Below, in pieces: positions 10,152 through 18,674 of a stretch of 64,000 nt of DNA. Source of the DNA: Firmicutes bacterium ADurb.Bin080 (GTDB taxonomy: Bacteria; Bacillota; Clostridia; Christensenellales; DTU072). The position numbers were made by a program, and so were the translations under genes. Position 1 is the stretch's first letter; each line of letters starts with the position of its first letter. The stretch lies in assembly GCA_002070965.1 (NCBI GenBank), contig MWEH01000095.1, positions 6,349 to 70,348 of the forward strand, in the 5' to 3' direction. The notes beneath the pieces were generated by a model. The model was not told where the DNA came from. It made no database searches and was given only the letters and a program-made list of their open reading frames with translations.

Positions 10152-10269
10152 CAACTACTAACCAAGACAATAATCAATAATTATCTTTATTGAATACTCA
10201 CTAACCAAAAAAATACTGATAATTCGGACTAATATATAAAATCTATTTCCCAGACTCAGGAGGACAAAA

Positions 10270-11667
10270 ATGACATTACTCATAAGAACTCTGCTATTTA
10301 AAAGCAAAAAAGAAGAACCTATAGTTCTTGAACCCATAGAATTCGACCGTGAAAAAGCTACTAAGGATCTAAAAGAACTTATTAAATGCAAAACTATCTC
10401 ATACACGGACAATTCTTTGGAAGATAATGCTGAGTTTATTAAACTTGAAGAGTATACGAAAAAAGCGTTTCCCCTTGTGTATAAAACAACTGAGTTTACA
10501 AAAGTTGGGACAAGGGGCTTGTTATTTAAATGGTCCGGTCTATCTTCTGAAAGTCCTGCTGTATTAATGGCGCACTATGACGTTGTTCCTGTTGAAGAAA
10601 GCGGGTGGAAGCTACCCCCCTTTTCCGGGGAAATTATTGATGGCGAATTATGGGGAAGAGGAACTTTAGATACCAAGTGTACATTCAATGCTGTTCTCCA
10701 GGCAGCCGAGAAACTTATTGAAGATGGTTTCACCCCTAAAAATGACATCTACATGGCTTTTGCCGGGGATGAAGAAACCGCGGGCTCACACGCTTCATCC
10801 ATAGTAAATATTCTTAAAGAAAAAGGAGTAGTCCCAAAAATAGTAGTCGACGAAGGCGGTGCCGTAGTAGACAATGTTTTCCCGGGAGTAAAGAAAAGAA
10901 GTGCTTTAATAGGGATAGCCGAAAAAGGATTTGCAGATATTAAATATACAGTAAAAGGAAGCGGAGGCCACTCCTCTACACCCCCTAGGCAGACCCCCAT
11001 TTCCATCCTTTCTAAAGCTTGCTTAAAAGTAAACAACACTCCATTTAAGATGCGTCTAACAAAACCCGCTTTGGAAATGTTTGACACCTTGGGTAGAGAA
11101 AGCAAAAGCTTTCCAATAAAACTAATCTTCGCTAATCTCTGGTTATTTAAAGGATTGCTAGGAAAAATGGCTTCCATGCTAGGAGGGGAAATGAACGCTC
11201 TGGTTCGCACCTCGACTGTTTTCACTCAGATGAAAGGTAGTGATGCAATGAATGTCATTCCTCCCGAAGCATCCATGCTTTCAAATCACCGAATAATCCA
11301 CGGCGAAACTGTCCAAAGCACCCTGGAATTTTTAAAGAAGACCGTTAATGATAAGAGAGTCGAACTTGAAGTAGTTTATGGAAACGATCCTTCCAGGATA
11401 TCTGAAACAAAAGGAACCGAAGGATATGAGATACTAAGAAATACAATCCGTGAAGTATGGAATGATGTAATTGTATCCCCTTATCTTATGCTTGCAGCAA
11501 GTGACAGCAGACACTACGGATTAATTTCAGATAGGGTATACAGGTTTTCTCCTCTAAATCTTACAAAAGATCAACGCAAACTTATCCACAGCAATGACGA
11601 AAGGATAAAGATTTCTGAAATTGAAAAGTCGGTTGAGTTTTATATTAGACTGGTCACCAAACTATAA
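10270..11667 (+). CDS. M20/M25/M40 family metallopeptidase
   Basis: MAHYDVVPV, GRGTLDTKC and GDEE(T) metal-ligand motifs. AGGAGG RBS lies upstream of the ATG. Confidence 0.8.
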   Translation: MTLLIRTLLFKSKKEEPIVLEPIEFDREKATKDLKELIKCKTISYTDNSLEDNAEFIKLEEYTKKAFPLVYKTTEFTKVGTRGLLFKWSGLSSESPAVLMAHYDVVPVEESGWKLPPFSGEIIDGELWGRGTLDTKCTFNAVLQAAEKLIEDGFTPKNDIYMAFAGDEETAGSHASSIVNILKEKGVVPKIVVDEGGAVVDNVFPGVKKRSALIGIAEKGFADIKYTVKGSGGHSSTPPRQTPISILSKACLKVNNTPFKMRLTKPALEMFDTLGRESKSFPIKLIFANLWLFKGLLGKMASMLGGEMNALVRTSTVFTQMKGSDAMNVIPPEASMLSNHRIIHGETVQSTLEFLKKTVNDKRVELEVVYGNDPSRISETKGTEGYEILRNTIREVWNDVIVSPYLMLAASDSRHYGLISDRVYRFSPLNLTKDQRKLIHSNDERIKISEIEKSVEFYIRLVTKL

Positions 11668-11796
11668 TTATCTACACATCACAATAATATCCTTGCTCAA
11701 GAAAACATAGTCTAAATGCCTAAAACGCCATAATCTGGTGTGTCTTTTTCCTAGCCAAAACCAACCTTCCTTGCCTCACTTCTAACGATTCTTCCT

Positions 11797-12024
11797 TTAT
11801 CCATTAACCTCAAAGTTTACGCTTAATTTACTTATATTCAATCCTTTCATCTCCAATTCTACACAATTTTCAAGCATCTTTTCTTTTTCTCTTTGTGCGC
11901 TAATTTCCTTGTTTTCTGTATCAATGGATACTAATTTCATAAAGTTTTCCACCTGCTCCATATACTGAAACAAGTGTTCGCAATCGAACCCCTCCCTAAT
12001 TCTTCCTGTGCCAAACAGAATCAA
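11797..12024 (-). CDS. hypothetical small protein (uncertain)
   Basis: 75-codon ORF with a TTG start and no recognisable motif. It is isolated between convergent and divergent neighbours. Confidence 0.2.
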   Translation of the reverse strand: MILFGTGRIREGFDCEHLFQYMEQVENFMKLVSIDTENKEISAQREKEKMLENCVELEMKGLNISKLSVNFEVNG

Positions 12025-12150
12025 TCCTCTAAAGCTAATATAACGAAACGTTACAAGAAACAGTTGTCAATTGACAAAGAGTTAATATAAATATAATATA
12101 TAAGTTACGCTACGCAACGCGTATTTTACCGTGCGAAAGGGGAATAGACA

Positions 12151-14298
12151 TTGGCAAAAAAGAATGACAATATAATGAATTCTGACAATCCTAACGAGTC
12201 CAAGAATGACAATATCTTAAATCCCAGTGTTTCAGACCCCGAGTCAGAAAGTCCAATTTTGGATAATCTTCCATCCGAGACCCAAACAGATATTTCTATT
12301 CAAGACACAAGCGAGGAACCCAATGTTCTCTCTGATGTCATTTCTAACGAACCTGCTGAGTCCGCTGAAGAAAGCGTTGATTCTGACACCGAAATACCTC
12401 CTCTTCTGGCAAAACCTGAAGAGCCTGCTGAGACTATTGAAGAAAGCGTTGATTCTGACTCCGAAATACCTCCTCTTCCGGCAAGACCTGAAGAGCCTGA
12501 GGTTTTTGTTGAGGGCAACTCTGAAGATGAATCATCCGAAATCTCTGAAATTGAAGGTGAGGCCCTTTCTGAAATTGAGCAGATAGAATATGAGCTTGAA
12601 AAACTTGAAAAAGAGATTGTACAGTCCGAAATAGATTCGGAAGGCGATTTCATTCCTGAGACAGAGGAAGAAAAACAAACAATGGCTGAAATTGAGCTTC
12701 TGGAAGTTGCTGCCAAAAAACAAACTAAAGAAGCAGATAAACTAACCAAGGAAATAATTCCTGCTCCAGAAGATGCAGATATGGTTGAAACTTACGTTCC
12801 AGAGTTTCAGAGAGAGCCTGGGACTCCTGAAAAACCCGCGGACGATGATGAGGAAGATCCTACACCAAAACCAGTAGAAGAAGAAAGTGAGGATTTACAA
12901 GCAGAGCTTGAAAGAATCTACGAAACTGGAGTTGGGACTGGGCTGGATGAATGGGATAGAGAAATTCTTCTCCCCGTTTTTGAGAACAGACTCAGAATGA
13001 CAAAAAATTCTACAAAGCTTTCTTACTCAAAACTAAAAAATCAAATTTTATCATTTAAGGGAATCTCCGCATCTTTCCAAGGACCCATCGAAAATTTCAG
13101 ATACAATAAAAAAATTGTTTTCAGATTCGCGATTAAAGATGATTCGGTTCAACTTTATTGTGCCCTTGACCCAGAGTCCATAGACAACAATGTATATCCG
13201 CACAAAAAGGCTAAAGGCGAGCACGCAAAGGCGACAGCGACAATACTTACTATAAACGATGAAAATTCTCTTAGAAATGCTGGGGAAATCATCACATTAG
13301 TTGCTGCAAAAATCGGAACTGCTGAAAAAGAACATCATGTTCCTGTAGCCTTCGCTGAAAGATACCCTATTAATCCCAACGGAGTCCTTTTTGGACAAGA
13401 AAGCAAACCACCCATCGATGGACAATATGATAACGATGATGACTATGCTCCGATATCCGGGGAAATAATAAACGGGATTATCGAAGCTAAGTTCGGAAAA
13501 TCCAAACTTCAGGAAAGGAAGGAGTTAAAGGGCAAGGAAGTTCTTGACGATTTGAGACAAACGGCAAACACAATTAAAGCTGCAGTAGCGCTCACAGAGC
13601 CCGTAGTATACTTCTTTGACGCGGCTTTAAACAAAGAAAGTTCTATTGAATATTTAAACATCCAACAGCTCTTGAACGATAAGTTTTTGGGGAAAATTGT
13701 TCCTCAGGTTTTCTTTGCAGTTGCTGAAGGAAGTGACAGAATTGAAAAATTTAATTTCCTATCTCTGGAATTTGCAGTAGAACAAGCTAATGCTTATCCA
13801 AGTACCCGATTTGTACTTGCATTAAGCTGCAGATTACTTATCAGGGATGAAGTCTTTGAAAGGCTGCTAAGAAACGCAAAAACCCTTAATGACAATTTGG
13901 TACTTGCGTTTGATTGTGCTCTTTTAGAATCACTTGGGGATATGGGTCTACAAAAAATTCGTAGGCTCAGAAACGAAGCAGGTGTTATGATTATGATAGA
14001 TAATTCAGAAAATGCAGGAATGCGTGTCTTGACAGAATATGATTTTGAATATATCAGATTTGACAGCAGATTCTACGCCGGAGACAATGCGAAACAACGG
14101 TCCCATCTTGAGATGATGACTGGATATGCAAGATCCCAAAATATCAAGACTACTTCCATCAACGTTCTTACTTTAAAAGAGGCCCAAATAATGGTTGAAA
14201 GAGGGGTCGATGTAATTCAAGGACCAGCCGCTTCAGAGCCAAAAAGAATAGCTACGCTGGCAATGAAAGGTGTTAAAAAACTTCCTCTTGGGAGGTAA
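12151..14298 (+). CDS. acidic-repeat protein with C-terminal degenerate EAL-like domain
   Basis: TTG start after AAAGGGG. The N-terminal ~260 aa are D/E/S/P-rich with a 24-aa tandem repeat. The C-terminal ~240 aa follow the EAL-domain motif order (EYL.., P..FF.VAE.., IMIDNSENAG for DDFGTGYS, IRFDSRFY for LKIDRSF, ..GVDVIQGPAASEP for G.D..QGY.F..P), but most catalytic residues are replaced. Confidence 0.6.
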   Translation: MAKKNDNIMNSDNPNESKNDNILNPSVSDPESESPILDNLPSETQTDISIQDTSEEPNVLSDVISNEPAESAEESVDSDTEIPPLLAKPEEPAETIEESVDSDSEIPPLPARPEEPEVFVEGNSEDESSEISEIEGEALSEIEQIEYELEKLEKEIVQSEIDSEGDFIPETEEEKQTMAEIELLEVAAKKQTKEADKLTKEIIPAPEDADMVETYVPEFQREPGTPEKPADDDEEDPTPKPVEEESEDLQAELERIYETGVGTGLDEWDREILLPVFENRLRMTKNSTKLSYSKLKNQILSFKGISASFQGPIENFRYNKKIVFRFAIKDDSVQLYCALDPESIDNNVYPHKKAKGEHAKATATILTINDENSLRNAGEIITLVAAKIGTAEKEHHVPVAFAERYPINPNGVLFGQESKPPIDGQYDNDDDYAPISGEIINGIIEAKFGKSKLQERKELKGKEVLDDLRQTANTIKAAVALTEPVVYFFDAALNKESSIEYLNIQQLLNDKFLGKIVPQVFFAVAEGSDRIEKFNFLSLEFAVEQANAYPSTRFVLALSCRLLIRDEVFERLLRNAKTLNDNLVLAFDCALLESLGDMGLQKIRRLRNEAGVMIMIDNSENAGMRVLTEYDFEYIRFDSRFYAGDNAKQRSHLEMMTGYARSQNIKTTSINVLTLKEAQIMVERGVDVIQGPAASEPKRIATLAMKGVKKLPLGR
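12352..12495 (+). repeat. in-frame 72-bp coding tandem repeat (2 copies)
   Basis: PAESAEESVDSDTEIPPLLAKPEE / PAETIEESVDSDSEIPPLPARPEE. The nucleotide copies at 12352-12423 and 12424-12495 are nearly identical. Confidence 0.95.
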
Positions 14299-14466
14299 GT
14301 ATTCACCTATCCTTCATGTAAATGCTTTTGTAGATTCGCGTAAAAAGAAGTATAATTATATAAAGGAAAACTGAAAAAATTAACGAACTGAAAGGCGAAA
14401 TAATATTTAGAAAATTACTCTATTTTTACTGAAAATTAACCGTAAAAATAGATAAACGGAGATTAA

Positions 14467-15495
14467 ATGGCAAAAAAAGACAATGTGGATAAAGAGGTAT
14501 TATCACCTCAGGAGCAGATGAAATCACGTCCAGCTCCGGATGCCCCGGTGGATAACAAGGGCACTTTAATCCGCAAAGAAAAACCAAAGAAGATGAAAGC
14601 TCGTGGAAAGAACATGGTGGAAAATACCGATGAACTATCCGGGAAATATGAGTATGTCATAAAGCACAAAAAAGTTGAAAAGGAAACAAAGAATCGTAGG
14701 TTCATAAGAATACTTCTAATCTTCCTTCTTTCCCTTCTAATCCTTGGGGGCGGACTATGGGGTGTCACCGCATTTATTGAGTACAACAATTTCCGTGTTG
14801 TTGTCGATAGACCCGGTCAAAATATTTTTGCAATCAGCCCTGCAAGAAGCCTTCAAAATACAACTGAAATTTATAACATCGATGGCCCAAGATATATGGA
14901 TAACATAACCCTTATGGGAATGGAAGACGTGATACTAGAAATCGAGGATTCTGATGGAGCAACCTCGAGGGACAACTTGATCGCTGCAACTTTTTATCTA
15001 ACAAATATCACCGATGATTCTAGGCGTTATAGAGAGGTTGTAGACATATCTGAAACTTCTCAAGGGCTCGAAGAAGCGATCCGAATTATGCTAATAAAGA
15101 GCACTTATAATGCTGACGGAACAGTCAAAAAACGTGTATGCAATGTATACGCTGCACCTCATTCTTTTGATGAGTTTGGGGTCCCAATACCCGAAGCTGT
15201 GGTTCCCTTGGCAACACCTTCTTATTACACCGGAGATGAGCTCAGACAGCTCGAAGGGCTTGGTCTTTCGGACTCAGAAGACTCGGAAGAATGGATGTCA
15301 ATACCCTTCCTTTCCTCAACTTTAGTCCTCGATCAAAACGGAGATTCTGAGGGCACTCCCGAAGACTACATTATCCCCCCAGGAGGCAAAGTGAAGTATA
15401 CACTTTTAATCTGGCTAGAGGGAAATGACAAGGACTGCATTGACGATAAACTCGGGGGCAGAATGAAACTTTCCTTGACCTTTAGCGAGGGTTAA
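14467..15495 (+). CDS. membrane-anchored TasA/TapA-like protein (paralog of the two downstream fibre-subunit candidates)
   Basis: ~75-aa basic cytoplasmic N-terminus, then a TM segment ending GGGLWGVTAFIEYNN (resembles SipW-type GGGTFAYFxD). The C-terminus YTLLIWLEGNDKDCIDDKLGGRMKLSLTFSEG shares the W-L-E-G...(L/V)xFx motif with ORFs 16616 and 17619. Confidence 0.5.
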   Translation: MAKKDNVDKEVLSPQEQMKSRPAPDAPVDNKGTLIRKEKPKKMKARGKNMVENTDELSGKYEYVIKHKKVEKETKNRRFIRILLIFLLSLLILGGGLWGVTAFIEYNNFRVVVDRPGQNIFAISPARSLQNTTEIYNIDGPRYMDNITLMGMEDVILEIEDSDGATSRDNLIAATFYLTNITDDSRRYREVVDISETSQGLEEAIRIMLIKSTYNADGTVKKRVCNVYAAPHSFDEFGVPIPEAVVPLATPSYYTGDELRQLEGLGLSDSEDSEEWMSIPFLSSTLVLDQNGDSEGTPEDYIIPPGGKVKYTLLIWLEGNDKDCIDDKLGGRMKLSLTFSEG

Positions 15496-15499
15496 AATT

Positions 15500-15600
15500 C
15501 TCAAAAAATCCCATTTTTTAAATTTTTAATATTTTCTGCACATCCACTCAAAAAATCCCATTTTAAATTTTTATATTTTCTGCACATTCACTCAAAAAAT
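15500..15600. repeat. about 2.3 near-identical tandem copies (44-47 bp) just downstream of ORF 14467..15495
   Basis: ctcaaaaaatcccattttttaaatttttaatattttctgcacatcca / ctcaaaaaatcccattttaaatttttatattttctgcacattca / ctcaaaaaatt... Confidence 0.9.
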
Positions 15601-16204
15601 TATTGCCAAACAATCCCAAATTTTTTTATTTCACTCAATAATCTCGGATTGCTTTTTTAACTATCTAAACAACAAATCCTTTTCGGTTTTTTCGCAAGCT
15701 TCTCCTTCATCCCCAATCTCCAATAATATTCTTTTTCCTCTTCCACTTTTACTTTCCCTCTCCCGGACCATAACAATAAAAAAGTAAGCACAATTTGTAT
15801 ATAATGATTTAAAAGAAACTAAAATCTTTTTCAATAGAGTTCAAAATTAGCTTAAGAAAATTTTCTGATCCATCATTCTTAGCCTCTTAAGTTAATACAA
15901 ATTAACAATAGAAACATCCTGCTCAATCAATTCCCGTAGAAACCTTTTTGCTTAGCACATAAGGTCAAGACAGTTAACCGATCCTATTGTTTCCACCCCT
16001 AACAGCCCCTACAAAAATACTTATTTTGGTAATTTGTCGTGAGATAAAAAAATAGTAAATGAACACTCAAGTTTCACAATTTCTTAATTGACTTAATCGC
16101 GCACGTGTATAATAATAAGACAGGAATTGAATTTTTAGCTTGAAATTTGTCACTTTACTCAACTAAACTAAAAAAGCTTAAAAATCAAAAACACGCGTAC
16201 ACTG

Positions 16205-16233
16205 TTGTGTCGAATATGTATACTTGTTATAAT
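16205..16233 (+). promoter_or_regulatory. sigma-70/SigA-type promoter candidate for the fibre-subunit operon
   Basis: TTGTGT (16205-16210), 17-nt spacer, then TATAAT (16228-16233), preceded by TGn (extended -10). It would give a ~375-nt leader before the ATG at 16616. Confidence 0.55.
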
Positions 16234-16410
16234 TACATTATGAAAGGAGCCCTTCACTTACACTCAATTTTTTCGGATGAGGCTCAAAAATCAAAAAATC
16301 TTTCTTACGAAGTGTTGCAAAACCCACACTTTCTTACATTGATTACAATACTTTTTTGTGGGATTCCCTATCAAATACTACTGCTGAGGCAGAGTATAAA
16401 AAATCCATAA

Positions 16411-16551
16411 CGGAGGTTGGCTATGGTAAACAAATCTTTTCGGTTAAGACGGTCAACTAGTAACGTTTCGTTACTGGTTCGGTTCTGTGAGGTAGATAGC
16501 TAGTACCGCACTTACCTAATTGGTAAACGTAACGTACATGGCCAACCACCG
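16411..16551 (+). promoter_or_regulatory. structured 5' leader element (candidate riboswitch or cis-regulatory RNA, class unknown)
   Basis: Closing helix CGG-A-GGTTGGCTATG (16411-16425) pairs with CATGGCCAACC-A-CCG (16537-16551): 14 bp with one G.U and one A.A. It encloses hairpins CTAGTAACG-TTT-CGTTACTGG (16457-16477) and GTGAGGTA..TACCGCAC (16487-16511). Confidence 0.45.
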
Positions 16552-16615
16552 AATATAACCGCGAAACAGATCGCACAAAACAAAATTAAAAAATTCTAAT
16601 TTATAGGAGAAAAAA

Positions 16616-17467
16616 ATGAAAACAAAATCACTTTTTATATCAACAATCGCAATGGTAGTATTGCTAGTTGTTGCTCTCGCCACCGGCACCTTTGCATGGT
16701 ACACCTCACAAAGCACTGCTACTGGTGAGTCTGCAGCTCTTTCAACTGCGGCTTCTACTTCTGCTACAATTGCTCTTGCCTGGTCTCCATCAGGAACAGG
16801 CAGTCAAGTTACTTTCGGTGTCTCCAATGTTGACCCAATGATACCGACTACGGAACTTGCAACTTATGACACGGGAAGTGGGGGAGTTCCTCCTGTGTTC
16901 GAAAGCGGTGTGCTTGGTGTTACTGGTGGGGGACAAGAGTACTTTAGGACAGTCAGCAGCCCTGCCTCTCCTTGGAAACAAAAGGATTCAACTAATGCTT
17001 TCAACACACTTTATCTCAGAAACTTAAACCCTAATGCTGGGGCAAAAATTACTACCTCTGTGACTCTTCCGACCACAGGAAACAGTGGGGAAACCATAGT
17101 TGATAACAATGACATACTTCGTGTCGCTATATACTCTGTCGTGGGAGACGCAACCGAGCATACTCTTATTGGCGTATGGGGCGTTGCTTCTGCTGGAGAC
17201 GCTTACTATGGTGATCTTACAGCATATCCTGGAACTGGCGAGTACACTGACTATTTAGTCGGAACATTCATGAGTGGTGCTTCCACACTCAGTTTAACAG
17301 GTTCCGGAGCCGCCAGTGTTACTTTTGATGTTCCAAAAAGCACGAATGCAGTTATTGAAATATACGCATGGCTTGAAGGAACAGTCCTTGACAACGATAG
17401 ATCTGCTTTAAGCACTACCGGAGATGAAGTAACTTTTAATGTCACTTTCTCTGCTGCAGAAATTTAA
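16616..17467 (+). CDS. secreted TasA-like fibre-subunit candidate with SipW-dependent-type signal peptide
   Basis: N-terminus MKTKSLFISTIAMVVLLVVALATGTFAWYTSQS matches the SipW-cognate pattern (h-region + G-T-F/Y-A-x-F/Y-S/T). S/T/G/A-rich mature part. C-terminal IEIYAWLEGTVLDND...VTFNVTFSA motif. Good RBS (AGGAG). Confidence 0.65.
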   Translation: MKTKSLFISTIAMVVLLVVALATGTFAWYTSQSTATGESAALSTAASTSATIALAWSPSGTGSQVTFGVSNVDPMIPTTELATYDTGSGGVPPVFESGVLGVTGGGQEYFRTVSSPASPWKQKDSTNAFNTLYLRNLNPNAGAKITTSVTLPTTGNSGETIVDNNDILRVAIYSVVGDATEHTLIGVWGVASAGDAYYGDLTAYPGTGEYTDYLVGTFMSGASTLSLTGSGAASVTFDVPKSTNAVIEIYAWLEGTVLDNDRSALSTTGDEVTFNVTFSAAEI

Positions 17468-17507
17468 TTCTACAATCATAGATACTTTCCGTCTTAATTA
17501 ACCGAAC

Positions 17508-17537
17508 CACCCCAGCGGGCAAAAGCCCGCTGGGGTG
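17508..17537 (+). terminator. strong intercistronic hairpin (attenuator or partial terminator) between the two fibre-subunit genes
   Basis: Perfect 13-bp stem CACCCCAGCGGGC / GCCCGCTGGGGTG with an AAAA loop. It is followed by AGAAAAGATTTT, so there is no immediate T-run. Confidence 0.6.
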
Positions 17538-17618
17538 AGAAAAGATTTTCACCGGCTAGAATAAAGTGAAGAGCACACTTCATTGTGGGATAGGGGGAAG
17601 TCAAAGAAGGTAAGATTA

Positions 17619-18470
17619 ATGTCAATAACCAATCCGAAATTTTCATTAAGATCATCGTCTCAGTTGTTTTTCACGACTATAGCGATGATTTTGTTGTTAG
17701 TAGTGGGACTTTCCACTGCTACTTTTGCATGGTTTTCGGCAAATAGCAGAGTGGGATCTGGGTCAATTATTTTTGAAGCTAGAAACACCGCCTCAGCAAG
17801 CATTTATTTGGGCTGGGTTCCAGATTCTGTAGAAAGTAGTATAACTTTCTCTGCCCCAGAGGAAATAGACCCTATGGTGCCCTCTTTTGCACCTATCAAT
17901 ACTACGAGAGTAGATGACTTTACGAATAATTTTTATACTGCTAGCATTAGTCCTGAAGGAGACAATGGTGAACCTTCTGTTTTCAATGAAAATGGATTTA
18001 GGGTCCTGCCGTATAAAGCATACCAAGGCCCCCCAGATTCGGTTGAGACCCAGGATTACTTTTATGTAATAAATGGAAGCGCTGAACCAACTATTGTCGT
18101 AATGCAGGTAACTTTCGAAGGAGATAACGCGGCATTACTTAGAGTTGGGCTGTTTGTGAATGAGACATATGTTGGAACGATAAGACCCTATGATGTAGAC
18201 CCAATGGCAACGACTCATTGCGGACCGATTGTTGAGGGTGGTAACCCATATAGCGATGGCTTTATTGAGATTCCAACAGATATGGCTTTATCATTTGGCT
18301 TGGGAGGAAAAGTTGATGGCTCAACCGATCATTTTGTGAGGGTTGAGGTTGTTTGCTGGTATGATGGAGTTTGGCTTGATGAAGATTTTATGGATGGAAA
18401 TGCGGAAATAGCGTTGGTATTTAGAGGACAAAAGGGTTTTAGTAATCCAAATGTTGTAACTAATCCGTAA
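17619..18470 (+). CDS. second TasA-like protein with SipW-dependent-type signal peptide
   Basis: Start set at the ATG at 17619 (MSITNPKF..). Signal region TTIAMILLLVVGLSTATFAWFSANS. C-terminal VEVVCWYDGVWLDEDFMDGNAEIALVFRG motif is paralogous to ORF 16616. Confidence 0.6.
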   Translation: MSITNPKFSLRSSSQLFFTTIAMILLLVVGLSTATFAWFSANSRVGSGSIIFEARNTASASIYLGWVPDSVESSITFSAPEEIDPMVPSFAPINTTRVDDFTNNFYTASISPEGDNGEPSVFNENGFRVLPYKAYQGPPDSVETQDYFYVINGSAEPTIVVMQVTFEGDNAALLRVGLFVNETYVGTIRPYDVDPMATTHCGPIVEGGNPYSDGFIEIPTDMALSFGLGGKVDGSTDHFVRVEVVCWYDGVWLDEDFMDGNAEIALVFRGQKGFSNPNVVTNP

Positions 18471-18674
18471 AGTTTAGTTTCTTTTTCATAAATAATTTTG
18501 CCTTTTTCCAGTTATTATTATAAAAAAGTTGCTATTTACTTCTTTATTTAGCGCCTGCGCGCGCATAAAGTTAATTTAGTATTGTGTTTTGTTTGTGAAT
18601 ATAGTATATTAATCATATAAATGCATCGCTTACTCTATTGATATTAGCGAATGCTTGTGGAAAGGAGAACTTTA

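Noticed and set aside
10155-10224. A possible ~40-bp tandem duplication downstream of the CDF transporter gene (actactaaccaagacaataatcaataatt / atactcactaaccaaaaaaatactgataatt)
   Set aside because: The similarity is weak and the sequence is low-complexity and A-rich. It is not distinguishable from chance by eye.
12151-14298. An active c-di-GMP phosphodiesterase
   Set aside because: Most metal- and substrate-binding residues of the EAL consensus are substituted (ExxE, DDFG, AEGVE equivalents). At best this is a degenerate sensor or scaffold domain.
16147-16410. The 87-aa ORF from the track as a protein-coding gene
   Set aside because: It has a non-ATG start, no RBS, and overlaps the predicted promoter. 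Only the 3' 56-codon part starting at the ATG at 16240 is retained, as a speculative leaderless small ORF in the findings.
16411-16551. Assignment of the leader element to the c-di-GMP-II (or c-di-GMP-I) riboswitch class
   Set aside because: There are only loose resemblances to the sequences I remember (GGUAAACAA.., ..CAACCACCG). Conserved cores could not be aligned by eye. It is left as a structured leader of unknown class pending a covariance-model search.
16616-18470. Type IV pilins or competence pseudopilins
   Set aside because: The hydrophobic N-termini lack the G/(F,M)(T,S)LxE prepilin-peptidase motif. No PilD/PilB/PilC-type genes are nearby. The G-T-F-A-W-Y/F-S/T motif and the adjacent SipW-type peptidases fit the TasA class instead.
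18557-18567. GC-rich CGCGCGCATA motif shared by the sipW1 upstream region (18558-18567) and the surface-protein upstream region (40772-40781), with related CG-rich blocks at 16098-16107 and 32176-32190
   Set aside because: A single shared 10-mer in 64 kb is expected by chance. The orientation relative to the downstream genes is inconsistent. It is noted only because CpG-rich blocks stand out in AT-rich spacers.
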